Notes under the pieces: model-generated | The model's database searches: none | Seen by the model: the letters and a program-made list of their open reading frames with translations, nothing else | Told to the model about the DNA's origin: nothing | Part shown: positions 1 to 12,464 of the stretch, in pieces | How the letters are laid out: each line of letters starts with the position of its first letter | Position numbering within the stretch: position 1 is the first letter of the stretch | Program-made: the position numbers and the translations under genes | Assembly: GCA_030704615.1 (NCBI GenBank) | Contig: CM060731.1 | Coordinates: 67,332,001 to 67,396,000, forward strand | DNA length: 64,000 nucleotides | Source: Takakia lepidozioides | Taxonomy: Eukaryota; Plantae; Bryophyta | Direction of reading: 5' to 3'

Positions 1-340
1 CACTGTAAGAGGACGCTCAGTGAAACCAATCACAAAGCTACAGCAGGGCATCATCACATTCTGATCATCCAGGTACAACACTTATGCATAGTGACTTAAA
101 ACACACTGCCAGGAGCTTCATCATCTTCCATTATATAATCAAGTGAAGGTAAGCTAGTCAATCCTGAATGGATAGCCAGCTTACAAGACCTGAATCACTA
201 GAGCACCAGGCTGTCCTTATCATATGATTGTTGTATAATACAAGTATGGAGTAACCAAAGGTAGGTAGGCCTCTCATTTTTTAATAATTGGGACTTGAAT
301 GCACCTATGGCCCCGCCACTACTGCCCATGGGGTGAGCTC

Positions 341-984
341 ATGAACCCAACCCCCTTTCAGAGGGTCTAGATTCTGAATTTTTTCTAAGTCCTAGTTCTT
401 TAACGGCGGCGGACCTTCTAGCGGACTAGCCAAACCCTCAACAGAATGACTCCGACTGGCGAGCGGACTGACCGGCAGAGTGACGAGCGGACTGGCGATT
501 GGCGAGTGGACTGACTTAGTCTGGCGGACTGGCGATTGGACTCACCAGACTGACGATTGATGAGCGGACTTACCAACAACGGAGTCCAAGTGGCGAGCGG
601 CCAACTCCGACCAGCAGACTGGCGATTGGCAAGCGGACTGACTTAGTCTGGCGGACTGGCGAGCGGACTCACCAGACTGGCGATTGACGAGTGGACTAAC
701 CAACAACAACGGACTCCAACTGGCGAGCGCCTAACTCCAACCTTCAGACCCTCCTCAAACAAAATATATATTTATAATTAACACACATTACCGCCACAAT
801 GTCACCTACCAGGATTTGAGCAGCAAACCTCGCGTTCGTCACATGTTGCTATTTACCATCACACTAGCCGTTGCTTTCTGCAAATCCTCGAAATAATTAA
901 TTACTAGGGCTTCGCGTTGCTCCGCACTACTAGCGACGAATTCTGAGAACTAGGTTCAATTTTCACGAAAAGGGGGTGGGTCAT
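341..984. mobile_element. Possible degenerate non-autonomous DNA transposon with imperfect inverted ends
   Basis: ATGAACCCAACCCCCTTTC at 341-359 resembles the reverse complement of GAAAAGGGGGTGGGTCAT at 967-984, with a further CTAG-TTCT-GAATT-like inverted similarity just inside. No TSD found. Confidence 0.3.
421..745 (+). repeat. Degenerate tandem repeat built from GGCGAGCGGACT-like motifs, with a higher-order unit of about 126 bp
   Basis: GACTGACTTAGTCTGGCGGACT occurs at ~509 and ~636; many GGCGA(G/T)(C/T)GGACT variants lie between and around them. Confidence 0.75.
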
Positions 985-1131
985 CCCCAGTGTGTTACAT
1001 GCAGAGATCATGTGTTTTGTTTTTTTCTGGAAGATTTTTCTGGAAGAAAAAATGGCGGATCTCACAAATGGCGGATTTTCACAAGCCGCATCAATCAATA
1101 TCAACATACCCAAATACCCTTACATTCACTA

Positions 1132-1270
1132 CAGGGATGCCTCGGCGTGAGCCTGGTCACGTGAGCGCGTGAGCGCAACTGCGCTCACGCCACGTCACCT
1201 TGCGCAAATGCCACGTCACGGGGCTCACTCCACGTCATCACACGTGAAGGCCGCGTCACCACGCGCCCAG
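1132..1270 (+). repeat. Left TIR/subterminal region with repeated CGTGAGC / GCTCACG / CCACGTCA motifs
   Basis: Several copies of CGTGAGC, GCTCACGCC and CCACGTCA in both orientations, mirrored at the right end. Confidence 0.8.
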
Positions 1271-1339
1271 AAAGAAGTGGAGTGTATTCCCGCGGATTGG
1301 CACCCTTTACCGCGGAAACAAGCTGGACGACATAATAAA

Positions 1340-1705
1340 AGGCATTGAATAAAGGATGGATGAATGTACAGTTGGATGATAAACAGATGGATGAGTGTGA
1401 AAAATGAATGTAGATGGATGAATGAGGGATGGATAAGAGTAAAATGGATGAATGTATAATGGATGTTGAGCAAATGACAAAAATTCATGACAGGAAGATG
1501 CATGACCAAAACTTTTGACGAATGCACAACGTATATGAAATGAGTGTGGAAGGTTTGTGGGGTGGATTAAAGAGTACAGAGGATGAATGTACAATGGATG
1601 TTGAACAAAGGAAAAAATTCATGAATGGAGCACGCATGAATACACTGTAGATGAATGCACAATGGATATGAGAAGAGTCAGGGAGGTTTGTGAAATGGAT
1701 TCATA
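1340..1705 (+). repeat. Low-complexity GGATGAATG repeats with a ~135-bp tandem duplication inside the MULE left arm
   Basis: GGATGAATGTA(T/C)AATGGATGTTGA...AAAAATTCATGA...GGTTTGTG occurs at ~1446-1559 and again at ~1581-1692. Confidence 0.7.
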
Positions 1706-1830
1706 CATATTGCAATTTAAATGAAAGTTGATTCTGTGATTATTATTTGTTCTAAAGGAACAACTACGGTGGAGGAAGGGGATTCAACGTTTTCCAGATA
1801 GTATGAAAATGAATATTAAAAGAATACAGT

Positions 1831-4800
1831 TCAGTCTGACTCAGAGTTAGTACAATGTATCCCCGCTTCCTCTGCATCTAAGTCTATATATTTTAGAACA
1901 CCGGATCCACGCTGGATACACCTACGGCTGGCCACTAAAAAGTCAGGGGATAGGGACTCGGCCGCGTGAAGTGTCATTGCTTCGGCATAAACAGGAAGCA
2001 GAAAATTGGAAAGGGGGCTGTCGAAAACAGACTCGCCAGAAATGACTGTATCTCCTGAAGATCCACCGCTGCCTTTCCTGAAAGACAGCCTGAAAAAGTT
2101 ATTACTGTAACTTTGATGTTATTGAGAAATTGAGTATGGCTCCCAAAGAGGGTTTAGCACTTACTCACATGAAAAGTCGTTGTCGACCTGCTTATCTTCG
2201 GGATCGTCATCATTTCGAATTTGAATCCGATCAGTCTGTGTGCCTGAAGTGGAGCCAGACAAAAGGGGGAGGAGCACTGTGTTGTAGAGGTCAGAATCAC
2301 CCTCCATGCCAAAAAGGCTTCTTCCGCCTGCCTTGCATGCATGGTAAGTTGCTCCTGCACCACACAGGAGGACATGAACAGTTTGGTGGGGGGGATTTAA
2401 GCAGATGAAACTATTGAAAGAAAACCAATTCAGAAGGGAAAGAACGAACCTGTGGACACAGAAAGATCGACCACCCGTGCAGAGCGGTGGCTACATGACT
2501 CCAGCAGTATTTGCATGAACGCTGGGGACTTTTCCTTTGCACCTCTCCAGGGAGTGCCATCTGGTCTCTTCAGAGTCTGACTGGACTGCATGAAGTTGTA
2601 CAAAATGTCATCGACATGGGGCTCATAGGGGGGGTTGACGAAACAACCCTGGTCAGAAATCTCAAAGCTGCGAATGGAGGATGGTGTCTTGGAGGTGCGA
2701 ATCCTGCGCAGGCAGATCGCCTCGAACATCCTCGTCTGCCAAAGATAGCAGGTTAGTGTAGTAAACACAATCTATAGTGGAAGTGTGTACATCGGCTATT
2801 CAGAACTCAGACACAAAAAAATCATTTTTATCACGAATCGAAGATGATCGGTGTCGATCATAACAGATTCTACTAGAGTGGAGCTGCAGAGAACATTGAA
2901 ACTCATCATGAAAGCACAAGCAGAAGGGAGACGGCATACCAGTTGACCAGGGAAACCCCCTTTCACAAGGTAGAGGCTGTTCACACAATTCCATGTGCGC
3001 AAAACTTCAAACCCTGAAGACTTGAGGTATGATGCCAATGCCCGACGACTATCATTGTCACATGACTGAAAAAGCAGAAGTGTCCCTGCATCAGAGAAGA
3101 AATTATCACAGAACCCGAACACCCAACTCCAGTAGTTGTCCTCGAATTTGTTCCAGCCTGGCGTCTTGCCCTTTGGAAGAACTTTTGGCACAGCCTGGCC
3201 ATCCGGAATGTCGAGAATGACAATGTCGGCCGCATAAGTTTTCTGCACACCGCACACGAAGGTGGGACCTGTGCTCACCTGCAACAGACATGTTTTTTTT
3301 ATAAGAACGAAAGCAAGAATGTTTTCAAAGAACGAGACTGAAATACTGCCAACGAAACTTTCAGAGAAAAAGGAAAGAAACTGGAATTCTCACCAGATTG
3401 AGGAATGAGATTATATTGTCCCAGGTAGGCGATGGCACCCCAGTGTATCCTCTCTTTCGACTCTGCATCATCGATAGCCAACCCTCATTAACAATTTTCA
3501 TCTCTCCTGCCGAATCAGAACGGGAAGGGTGTGGCTTGGCATCGAACACGCACTGAACAGTGCGGGTATATCTTCCAGCAGTAAAGTCCTGCCCACTCTC
3601 CATCTCCTTTTCTTTCTCCTTCCCCTTGTCCTTTTCCTTCTCTTTGGACTTGTTTTGTCCTTTGGCTTTGCTGGTGAGATGGCTATGACATCAACAGCCT
3701 TGTCTTTTGGTTTGCGGCCCGCATTCTTTCCCTTCTGCGGCGTTCCCTGAGCATCAGGCTCCTTGGCAGCCAATGTTGCTATGTTTCGTTGGTACTCTTC
3801 GTCAGTCAAATGCGCCAGCATCTCAGCGTTATTGTTCAAGTATTTCATATGCTATTCTTGAAAGGTCGTGTGCTCCGGTGGGCAGTCAAGGTACCCACCC
3901 ACAGTCTTTGAAGTGAGAAGGACTCCAGTCCTTCAATATCCCTGCAGTATACATGGTTGGATCGTTTGCAGGGTCCGACCACATGTCAAGATAGTCTGGA
4001 ATTCCGCTAAGGTGATTTCCTTCCATAAGCACATATTTCGTGTACCTGAAAAAAGGAGATAAATCCCAACCCACAAAAGCGCTCAGTGAGTAAGATGCAA
4101 GTAGAACAGAATGAAAAAAACATAGATTGAAATGGCTCTGAGAACTGCTCCAAGGACCTTTCAGGACCACACGAATGCTCCAGATGTGAATGTCGTCAAC
4201 GCCATTCAAAACATTCCATTCAATGATACTGTAAATACACCCTAATCCAGGTGAATGCAAACTATCGTTTTGGAATGACACAGACATAGAAGTGAATGTC
4301 GTCAACGACATTCACTAATCAAGCCTAATTATTCCTCAAATGAAGCAAAATCACAGGATGGAAATCATAAACTCGAGTAAGGAACCCTCCAGGAAAACTC
4401 AATGCACATTCATAACGAACATATCACTGAGGACCTCACAACAACACTGTATGTGAATGGCGTCAACGCCATTCACAAAAATACCAACAAGGAACCAATT
4501 ACTTAGCTCCCAATCCATGTAAATTCAAATTGTCGCTGTTGAATAATACAGACACAGAAGTGAATGTCGTCAACGACATTCACTTTGGATTTCTCATAAC
4601 AGAGCTTATCAAGCCTCCAGATTCCTCGCAAGAGGCAAAAACAATGCAGAACAACTGAATGTCTGCATTGACATTCAGCAATATGAAGTGAGGAACCCTC
4701 ACTGTAACCTCTATGTACATTACAAAAATTTACATAACTCTGAGGACCTCTCAACAACTCCGGATGTGAATGTCGTCAACGCCATTCAAGGACATTATCA

Positions 4801-7622
4801 ATTCTAATCAGGGACACTATAATTACACCCTTAGATCCTAACCAGGTGAATTCATATACTCGCTTAAGAATGACTCAGACAAAGAAGTGAATGTCGTCAA
4901 CGACATTCAATCCGGATCTATGATTGCAATCCTTATGAAGCCACATTTTTTCCCAAAAAAACAGTAGAGTTTCAAGTATGACATTGCACCTGTACACAAC
5001 TCGCATCATGGCCCACTCTCCTCCAACCTGACTGTCAAAGTCGTTGGACCATAAAATGTTACCATCTTTGGAGAACTCCCGGAAAAAACAGTATCTCCAG
5101 GTGAGACCTCTCCACTTCCTTATGTATGCCTCCAATGACATTTGGGGAGGGGAAACAATCGAAATGTTCAGGTCCTTCAAAGTCTGATCCAGCACAATGA
5201 CGGCGCGCTTTTCGAGCTGCAAATAGTATATTTGTCAGAATTGCAAATAAGATACTCATCACATACTTGAAGAGAAGAAAACGGCATGTTTGAATACACA
5301 CCTGACTCCAAAATGTAGCCTTGTGGAGCCAGTTATCAAACACCAAATCACTGATTCCTTCCACCTTTGTGCCAGGCTGTATGGTGCTCTTTGGAAACTG
5401 ATTCAAGTCCTTTACTGTTTGATCTGAGTTCCATATCTCCAGCCACCTTATTTTTGTTTGTGGGTCGACCATCGATATGGCCAGCCGGTGCAATTTCTCC
5501 TGCTGCATCTCCGGATACACATGCTTGTCATAGTGTGTTTTGATCTGCTGAAGGAACTCAGGACCAAGTCCAGGATCTAATATTCTAAGCTGCTTTCCGA
5601 AGGCGGACATCAATTTGGTTCTTCGCATTTCAAACTCCTTCTTTATTGCAGCTTCCACACCCTTTGATGTCCTTAGTTCCTCTAGTGTAGTGCGGTAATA
5701 TTCGGATTTTCCCTTCTCAGCTGCCTCTGCCAGTTCTTGCTGCATTGATTCAAGTAGTGATTAGCTCCGAAGGGACTACAAACATGTATTTGAAAAGTAA
5801 ACAGAGTACAGACTCGGGCTTACCGCATACATGTACTCCAGAAACGCCTCTCGTGTCAAAGAATACCAAGTGCCTGCAGCTCTTCCTGTTTCGCACTTCT
5901 TGATGATATTGGGTGGTAGTACTGTCTGAAAATCATCCAGCTTCATCAGACCAATCCTCTGAATTCGGAATAGTGTGTGAACCAAGCTTGTTGTCACATG
6001 CGATTTCTCTGTCGATCTGCAAAAACATTGGAAACATTGCATTCCTTAACACTGTTTTTTGAGGATTAATAAGACACTACAGAGGGAATGAAATCTCCTG
6101 GATGACTTACTTGTTCACGTCGTGCATAGCTGTAAGAAGCCTAGCGATGTCGTTTCCAGGATCCAAAACCATTGCCTCCACAACAACATGTTTGTCTTTG
6201 TCTTTCGCATGGTGTTTCTAAATGTATCCCATCCATGCCAGCAATCGGTGGTTGCCGTCCCAGACGTAAAACATGTGGTTGCAGAAATGCTGGGTGTTCT
6301 TTCCCATCATGAGGCCCAGCTCAAACTCCTCATTGGCATCTTTCCAGCACTCATCCCAATTATCACTGATCTCTGGAGACACTAATGTGCTTTTCCCATT
6401 TATATCCGTCAGTGACACATAAAAAACTTGTGCACCAAGTCTATATTCTGGAATGACATGAGTTCTTTCACCTTGTCAAGGTAGTGCACTTCAGATTCAT
6501 CTGCTTCATCTGTATTCTCTGAGCTTTTTGCGGACTCGTCCCCATCTCCAGATCTTTTCCCCTTTGATCCTGTAGGCTTCGACCTCACAGTTTTCTGCAC
6601 GATGCCATTCAGTTCTGACTGAGTAATTTGCAAATAGTGAATGGCGGTAACAACCATCACTCTGTCTCAAAGAAACTCACTATGAATGGTGTGAAACAAT
6701 TCAGCACAATCTACACAAGCAAAGCTGATACTGCCGTATTCAAAACAAAAGCGAGAGCGATAACGAACGGCGTTAACGATAATCACAAAAGATAACGACC
6801 TGCCGGATCGGTGTTGTGTAATGATGTGCAAGTGATTGGCGGCAACGACATTCAGTATAGTTTAGGGCGGACAGTAAGTGCAGATTATTCAGATTGACTC
6901 CACTGTGATTACCGTCGCCAGCATGGGAAGATGAATGACTGCTTGAAAGGCAATCAGACAGACTGTATGGTCTGAACAACGATGATTGACGGTATGCCGA
7001 CCCTCACTCTCTCTTCAAACACATAGGTACATAAATCTCATGAGGAGAATCGAATGGCGTTAACGACGCTCGCAATTCAGTAGTTCCTGCTAAAGAAGGG
7101 AAGAGGAAGGACTCATTGAAAGACAATCAGACAGACTGTATGATCTGAACAACAGTGAATGACTGTACCGATAGTCACCTACTCATTGTGCGGTAAACCC
7201 TTAGCAGAGGAGTAGAAAGCAAATCACCTTTGTGATGGTCGGTTGCGACAATCCCTGTCTGGGACATTCCATTCAATCTCTACGTATATCTTCAACAATG
7301 AAATGTAAGTTAGATCAAACTTATTGGCGCCTTCTTAGGTTTTTGAAATTGGATCCCCTTCTGCAACTTTCCTCTTCCCTCTCACATCTGCTGCAATTTC
7401 TGTCTGCTCTAGGGTTTCTGGACCTTCTCCCGGTTCGGCGTTCCGCGTGCTTCCACCTCCTTCAGTGTCCCTGCGAATCATCTCTGCCTCCACAGGCTGG
7501 CGCACTCTTATCGCTGACTGTGTCACAGCCGCTGCCTCAGTCTCCGTCTACTCTTCTGAATCGGTCTCCGTGTTCACCTGCTGCCTTGGCCCTGTGTTCT
7601 CCAACAAACGACGCCTCGTCAT
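1831..7622 (-). pseudogene. Multi-exon MULE cargo gene: N-terminal ParB/Srx-like domain and C-terminal beta-class N6-adenine/N4-cytosine DNA methyltransferase-like domain (N6_N4_Mtase-like); several premature stops and frameshifts
   Basis: ATG at 7620-7622 (MTRRRLL). ParB-like FYVWDGNHRLLAW (DGNHR at 6245-6259). Motif IV-like ADIVILDIPDG (DIPD at 3201-3212), motif X-like GAKEKSPAFMQILLESCS, and motif I/II-like RVVDLSVSTG|ATYHACKAGGRSLFGMEGDSDLYN joined across a GT-AG intron (~2355-2449). Probable last exon ends YIDLDAEEAGIHCTNSESD* at 1831. Confidence 0.75.
4186..4910. repeat. Array of six 24-bp palindromes GTGAATG(T/G)CGT-CA-ACG(A/C)CATTCA(C/A), probably intronic, in three ~270-310-bp tandem units
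   Basis: Copies start at 4186, 4292, 4453, 4560, 4766 and 4887. The copies at 4292, 4453 and 4560 have perfect arms of 11 bp or more. Intervening DNA is homologous between units but more diverged. Confidence 0.92.
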
Positions 7623-8476
7623 TTGCTCTCTTGCTCTGCGTCTCTCTCTAAGGGAAGTAAAATAAAGAGACTTTCTTCTCTTTCGTATTGTAGAAGGAAC
7701 CCTCTCCAGCTTGACTACCACTCTCTCTCTAAACGCGAAAAGTAGAAAAACGCAGTGACTCCCGATTTCTTGCGGGATTGTCTGCGTTCTTGCGTGTCTC
7801 TAGAAGCATCGGATTCCCTCTCGCGTGACCGTTACACATAGTCGTTCCCTTATTAGTGCACATGCCAGCAATTGGTGTACAGCTGTTCGTATTCAGTTAT
7901 GGATGTCTGACGTGTGTCGCCCAAAATAAACGACGCGTTCTTTATTAGAACGGTTTCAATATTTAAAAATAACAGTGAATCCCAGAAATCTTGGCGCACA
8001 GTCTTACACAAATAAATGTAAATGAACGAGAGTTTGATGACAAATCTTGGAATATCATACACGGTCATCCTTGTTAGCCAAACCCCACATTCGTTTCACA
8101 TTTGGAACTTTCCAGATGCGCATGATCATTGGTAGTAGTATAAAGATACATTTACTTAATCTGCAATCCCATCCTCAGATCCTGTGGCATGCTTCCAGGA
8201 AGTCGGCTTTGTTATTGGGTTTATTGATGAGGTTCTGGTTAACGGTTTAACAGTTGCCGACACTGCTCCTAGGGATACTCTGACCACTGGCCCACAAGAA
8301 AAGTAATTAAAATGGACGGCTGCATATCTAGAAGAATAACATAATATGCACAGTCGTTGTCTGAGCTTCCTCCGCCATATTCTCTGCTCATTCTTTAACT
8401 GTGTTCTGGAGACATTAGTAAACTGATTTACACTAGATCTGCGATAGCCAGGTACAAACGTACGCGAGGAAGGAAG

Positions 8477-11400
8477 ATGACTTCCTCTGAAGCGGAGTTC
8501 TTCTCTGACGACAAACCAGTGCCGTTCTCCCAGGAAGTCCTTGACAATGGATTTGCAATTGTTCTGGAACATGTCTTGGCTACCCGTTTTCAGCTGCAGA
8601 ATGGCTCCATCTTTTTGGAGAAACAGGTGTACGATCTTAAAGGGAAGTTGTTGAAATACTCTTTCCAAAACCGTGATGAGACGGCTCATATCAGCCAGTG
8701 GAGAGTGCGTCCTGGTCGATACAGAGTACTTGGAGAGCCTCGGCGAAAGTCCCTTGGGTCATATGTGACGCCCCGGACTGCTGCTTCGGTCGTTGAAGAC
8801 AAGAGGGAGGTGGTGGTGAAAAAAGAACAAACGTCCTCCACTCCAATCGTTGAGCTTTCGGATTCTTCCGATGATGACATAAGTGAAATTCCAAATCCAG
8901 TCCTTCCTACTGTGGTTGGAGAAGCTGATGAAGAAGAGATTTGTAGTGTCATTCCAAAATTGCGGGCGATGGAGGAATGGCTGGATTCAAAAGTGAGTTG
9001 CGGGGAATTGATTGGGAATCTTTGAAGCTGGTGCCTGTGAAGTTTTTGCCGGAGACTTTTGATGGCGATATCCTATTCGAGCTGCCTCCTCCTCCGCGAG
9101 TTGGAGGTGTAACAATCATGATGCATGGAATGGACAAGAAACACGACGGGCACCGTGGTGCAGAACAAAAACATCCAATATTCAGAATGATGACAAGCTT
9201 GTTTTCAGGAGGACAGTTTGCAATGGACACCTTAGGTGTGATAATTTGAATTGCAGACACTTTCTTCAGTCTGGGGTTCATAATCAAAGCGAATGGGAGG
9301 GTCTGGCGGAAATCCATTTCAGCCTGGGACTGTCCCTCTACCGACAAACACTTTCGTCTGCAAATTCTGCAAACTTGTGCCATCCTGCTTGGCGCTCTGC
9401 GGAGCAAGAGTGTACTATGTTGTCCACCGTTTGAAAACAATGACAAGAGCTTGTGTGCATTTCGGATTCCATAACCATCCTGTCTCGAAGGGGGATTACA
9501 GGGAGAGTGTTGAGACAGTATCGAGGTTGATTAAACAGGAGTTCGGGAGAAACCCATCCGCAACAACATCTGCAATTGCTCTTGGCGCAAGCAAGTCCTT
9601 CTTGGAAAGCCATATTTTGAGTGAAGGGGATTCTGTGGGGACTAAACTTGACGGTGCAGCATTGGACCTGGTCATGGATCATTTCTCCACTTTAAGTTCA
9701 CCGAACATTCGGCATCAGATCAATGCATTGAGAATGGGCTCTGGGATCAGAGGCTACATAGACAATATTTTGGAATTGAAACGAGTGAGCAAGTACGATT
9801 ACATCCAGGACAATGTATTCCCAGGTCAAGGTGCCATCAAAGTTTTTCTTTTCAAAATGTCGACTGTTGGGGAGGGCAGTGGGGTTAGCCTCGTGAAGCG
9901 GATGCAGAAGACTGGGGACTTGCAGAACTGTTTTCTTATGTTTGATCATGTGAAACGAGTGAAGGATTGGACAACAATGGCTTGTCATGTCTACGATCCA
10001 GTATACCAACGAGTTATGACAATTGCAGTTTGTGACATGCAATCCGAGGATACGGAATCCCAGAAGCTCATGTGGAATTCCCTGATACGTGTCATGGGCT
10101 GCCATGGGCTGCCATCTCCCAAATTTGCAGGTTTCATGGCGGATAGTGCTCAAGCAAATTTCAATGCTGTTCGTATTGTCTTCGGATCGGGCGACCCAAA
10201 AGTGCCAATGCGAGGAAGAGAGCGTACATGTCTATTCCATTGGACACAATCTCTGGAAAAACATACAAAGTCGGACATCAAACCAGAGATGCAGACTCAA
10301 CACCGTAAATTGTGCAAAGAGTACAAAGATGCTAGAACAATGAAGGAGGCGGACACTTTGTTCCAGACAATTCGTGCCTGGTGGTTCTCTTCTGGAGCTG
10401 CATCACTTGAGAGTATGAGAGCATTGGAAGATTGGCTGGCGTTTTGGCACTTCCGGTATAGACAGTGGGGAGCAGCCATGCCATTGGTACGAGGCTTATA
10501 TTTATTGCTTTTTCATACATTTGCTTTCCATTTTATTGTGTCCTCGCTTTCTTTATGTTGTTTTCTGTTCACTGTTTTGAAGTGTGGTTCTGCACTTTGC
10601 AGAACATGTCCATTGAGGAAATGGCGGACATGCCATTTTGCAATTTGGCAAAAACTGTGCACAACGCATGGTTGCAGTAGTCTGGGAAACGAGGTCGGGA
10701 TTTATATGTGGCAACAACAGATGATTTGATACGTGCCTTGCAACAACAAACCGATACCGTGATTTCTTACGAGGTGGGGTTGGTGGCAAGGGTCCGGACA
10801 AATGGGAGTTGATGTTGCGTGCTGCAAACAGATCTGGGGATCCAATCAAGATAGCACGGGCGGTGAGCATGTATGCCCAGGGAACGCCACTTGCGCGTTT
10901 GCATCTTCTGCTGCTCAATGTGATAACGTACCAGAAAACAAGCAAGGGGAGGAGAGATTTGGCTCCTGTAAGAGGAAATTGAACACTCCACCTGGTTCGG
11001 ATTCAGATTCCCACAGGGCAGACCGTGATAACTTCTCGAAGCCTCGTGTTCCCTGCATGACAGCTCCATGTCCGGAACCTCCATTGTGGGGAACCTCCAA
11101 CACGACGGCAAGCTCCAGCATCAAACAGTGCCACTGAAATGGTGCAGGAGAGAAACAACCCCCTTGATGTACTTGAGTCCGCATGCCCCGACCACGTTTG
11201 GCACATAGAACGCACAAGTGTAGGGTCTCGTGTGAAATGTACAGCGATCAGGGCAACTAATTTCGAGAAGTGCACTTCATCTATATCCAGAGGTGGTGCC
11301 CGAACTCCTGCTCCGACTTTCACGGGCTTGATGCGTCCATACGGTCAACCAGAAGCCAAGAACCACAAGTTCTGGTTCTGCGCAGATGATTGTGTCAGAT

Positions 11401-12012
11401 GTGTACATGGAACTGTGCGTCCTTCCGTAGTGATGAAGCCATCTCCTCCAACCGTTTGGCCCGTGAAGGTGGGAACACATCTCAGCTTTCAGGAGATTGA
11501 AATGCTGGAGGAGGCAGGTTTTTCCCTTGCGAGACAACCCCAACTCCATGCATGTGCTACTACTTCTGCGTCCTCCCGGGTCCCCCCGGCAAATCCTGAC
11601 TTGTGGCCAACCAAACGAGATGGAAAGCTCGTTCGGCGTTTCCCTCCAACCGCTGAACATTTTGGCAAAATGGAGTCCGCAAGAATGCTCCAAGCTCGTG
11701 TTGGAAGCACCACGGAAGTACCCGATCCAAGATATGGTCGGGTATTCACAATCATCACTTCCACATCTGCTGTTCATGACAGGACCTATGACATCACGGT
11801 TTCCAATTTCCCCAATTGCACGTCCTGATTTTGTGAATATGCTATCAACCAGTTTGGGCAAGAGAGGTAAATTCATACCCTGCAAACATTTGTATTTCAT
11901 ATTTTTGAAGAGGATGGTTTGCGATCCCAAACGTGACAACTTCATTCACCAGGCCATTATGAGTTTCAACGAGGTCGATACTCTTTTGCAGCGGGATACA
12001 ACACATGGGTAG
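8477..12012 (+). pseudogene. MULE-family DDE transposase with N-terminal GCM/WRKY-like Cys/His zinc domain and C-terminal SWIM finger; frameshifted and nonsense-mutated
   Basis: DGH.WCRTKTSN...CNGHLRCDNLNC...CKFC...C..LC...HFGFHNHP (GCM-like). FLMFDHVKR (D1), FMADSAQANFNAVRIVF (D2), CLFHW (CxxH). After intron 10487-10602, CNLAKTVHNAWLQ* places AAA(K) at the expected catalytic E (10651-10653) and TAG at 10678-10680. SWIM NCT(C)PDF...IPCKHLYFIF is split by a frameshift near 11823. Confidence 0.88.
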
Positions 12013-12464
12013 CATCAACTATGCAATGTGGTATGTGGACGACCATGATTTGAAATGTGTAATTCACATCAATTCGTCGGCGGTGCAATGATATGGCCTC
12101 CAACTATACGGAGTGAGCTCTGAGTGACAACTTTTAGGTAGTGCACATTTGTCATTGCACCGTTTGAAGTCTACATGTCTTGCTGTCGCTATGCACTACA
12201 ATCATCTTTTGAAGATGATCCTAACTCTCATTGTTATTTGAGGAGGGAGGAAGGTCTTCCCGTGGCAGCCTTTATGGCGCACACTTTGTGAGGATATTTT
12301 TTCGTCCTTGTAATTGTAAAAGTGAAACAAGCATTTGTAATTGCACAATGTTGGATGCTGCAATTGTAGGCCTCAACGCTCGTCTTGATTCTATTTAGGC
12401 AAGATTCCCTGCATTAATTCCACGGTCATAGGACCATCCACGGTTATAGGCGGCGCATGTTAAT

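Noticed and set aside
317-992. CACTA element (CACTA at 317, CAGTG at 988-992)
   Set aside because: Termini do not match beyond the pentamer and there is no 3-bp TSD.
1225-1594. His/Ile-rich ORFs on the minus strand
   Set aside because: They are translations of the GGATGAATG low-complexity repeat.
4186-4910. CRISPR array interpretation of the 24-bp palindromic repeats
   Set aside because: Spacers are 82-182 bp, irregular and homologous to each other in alternation; there are no cas genes; the context is a eukaryotic gene.
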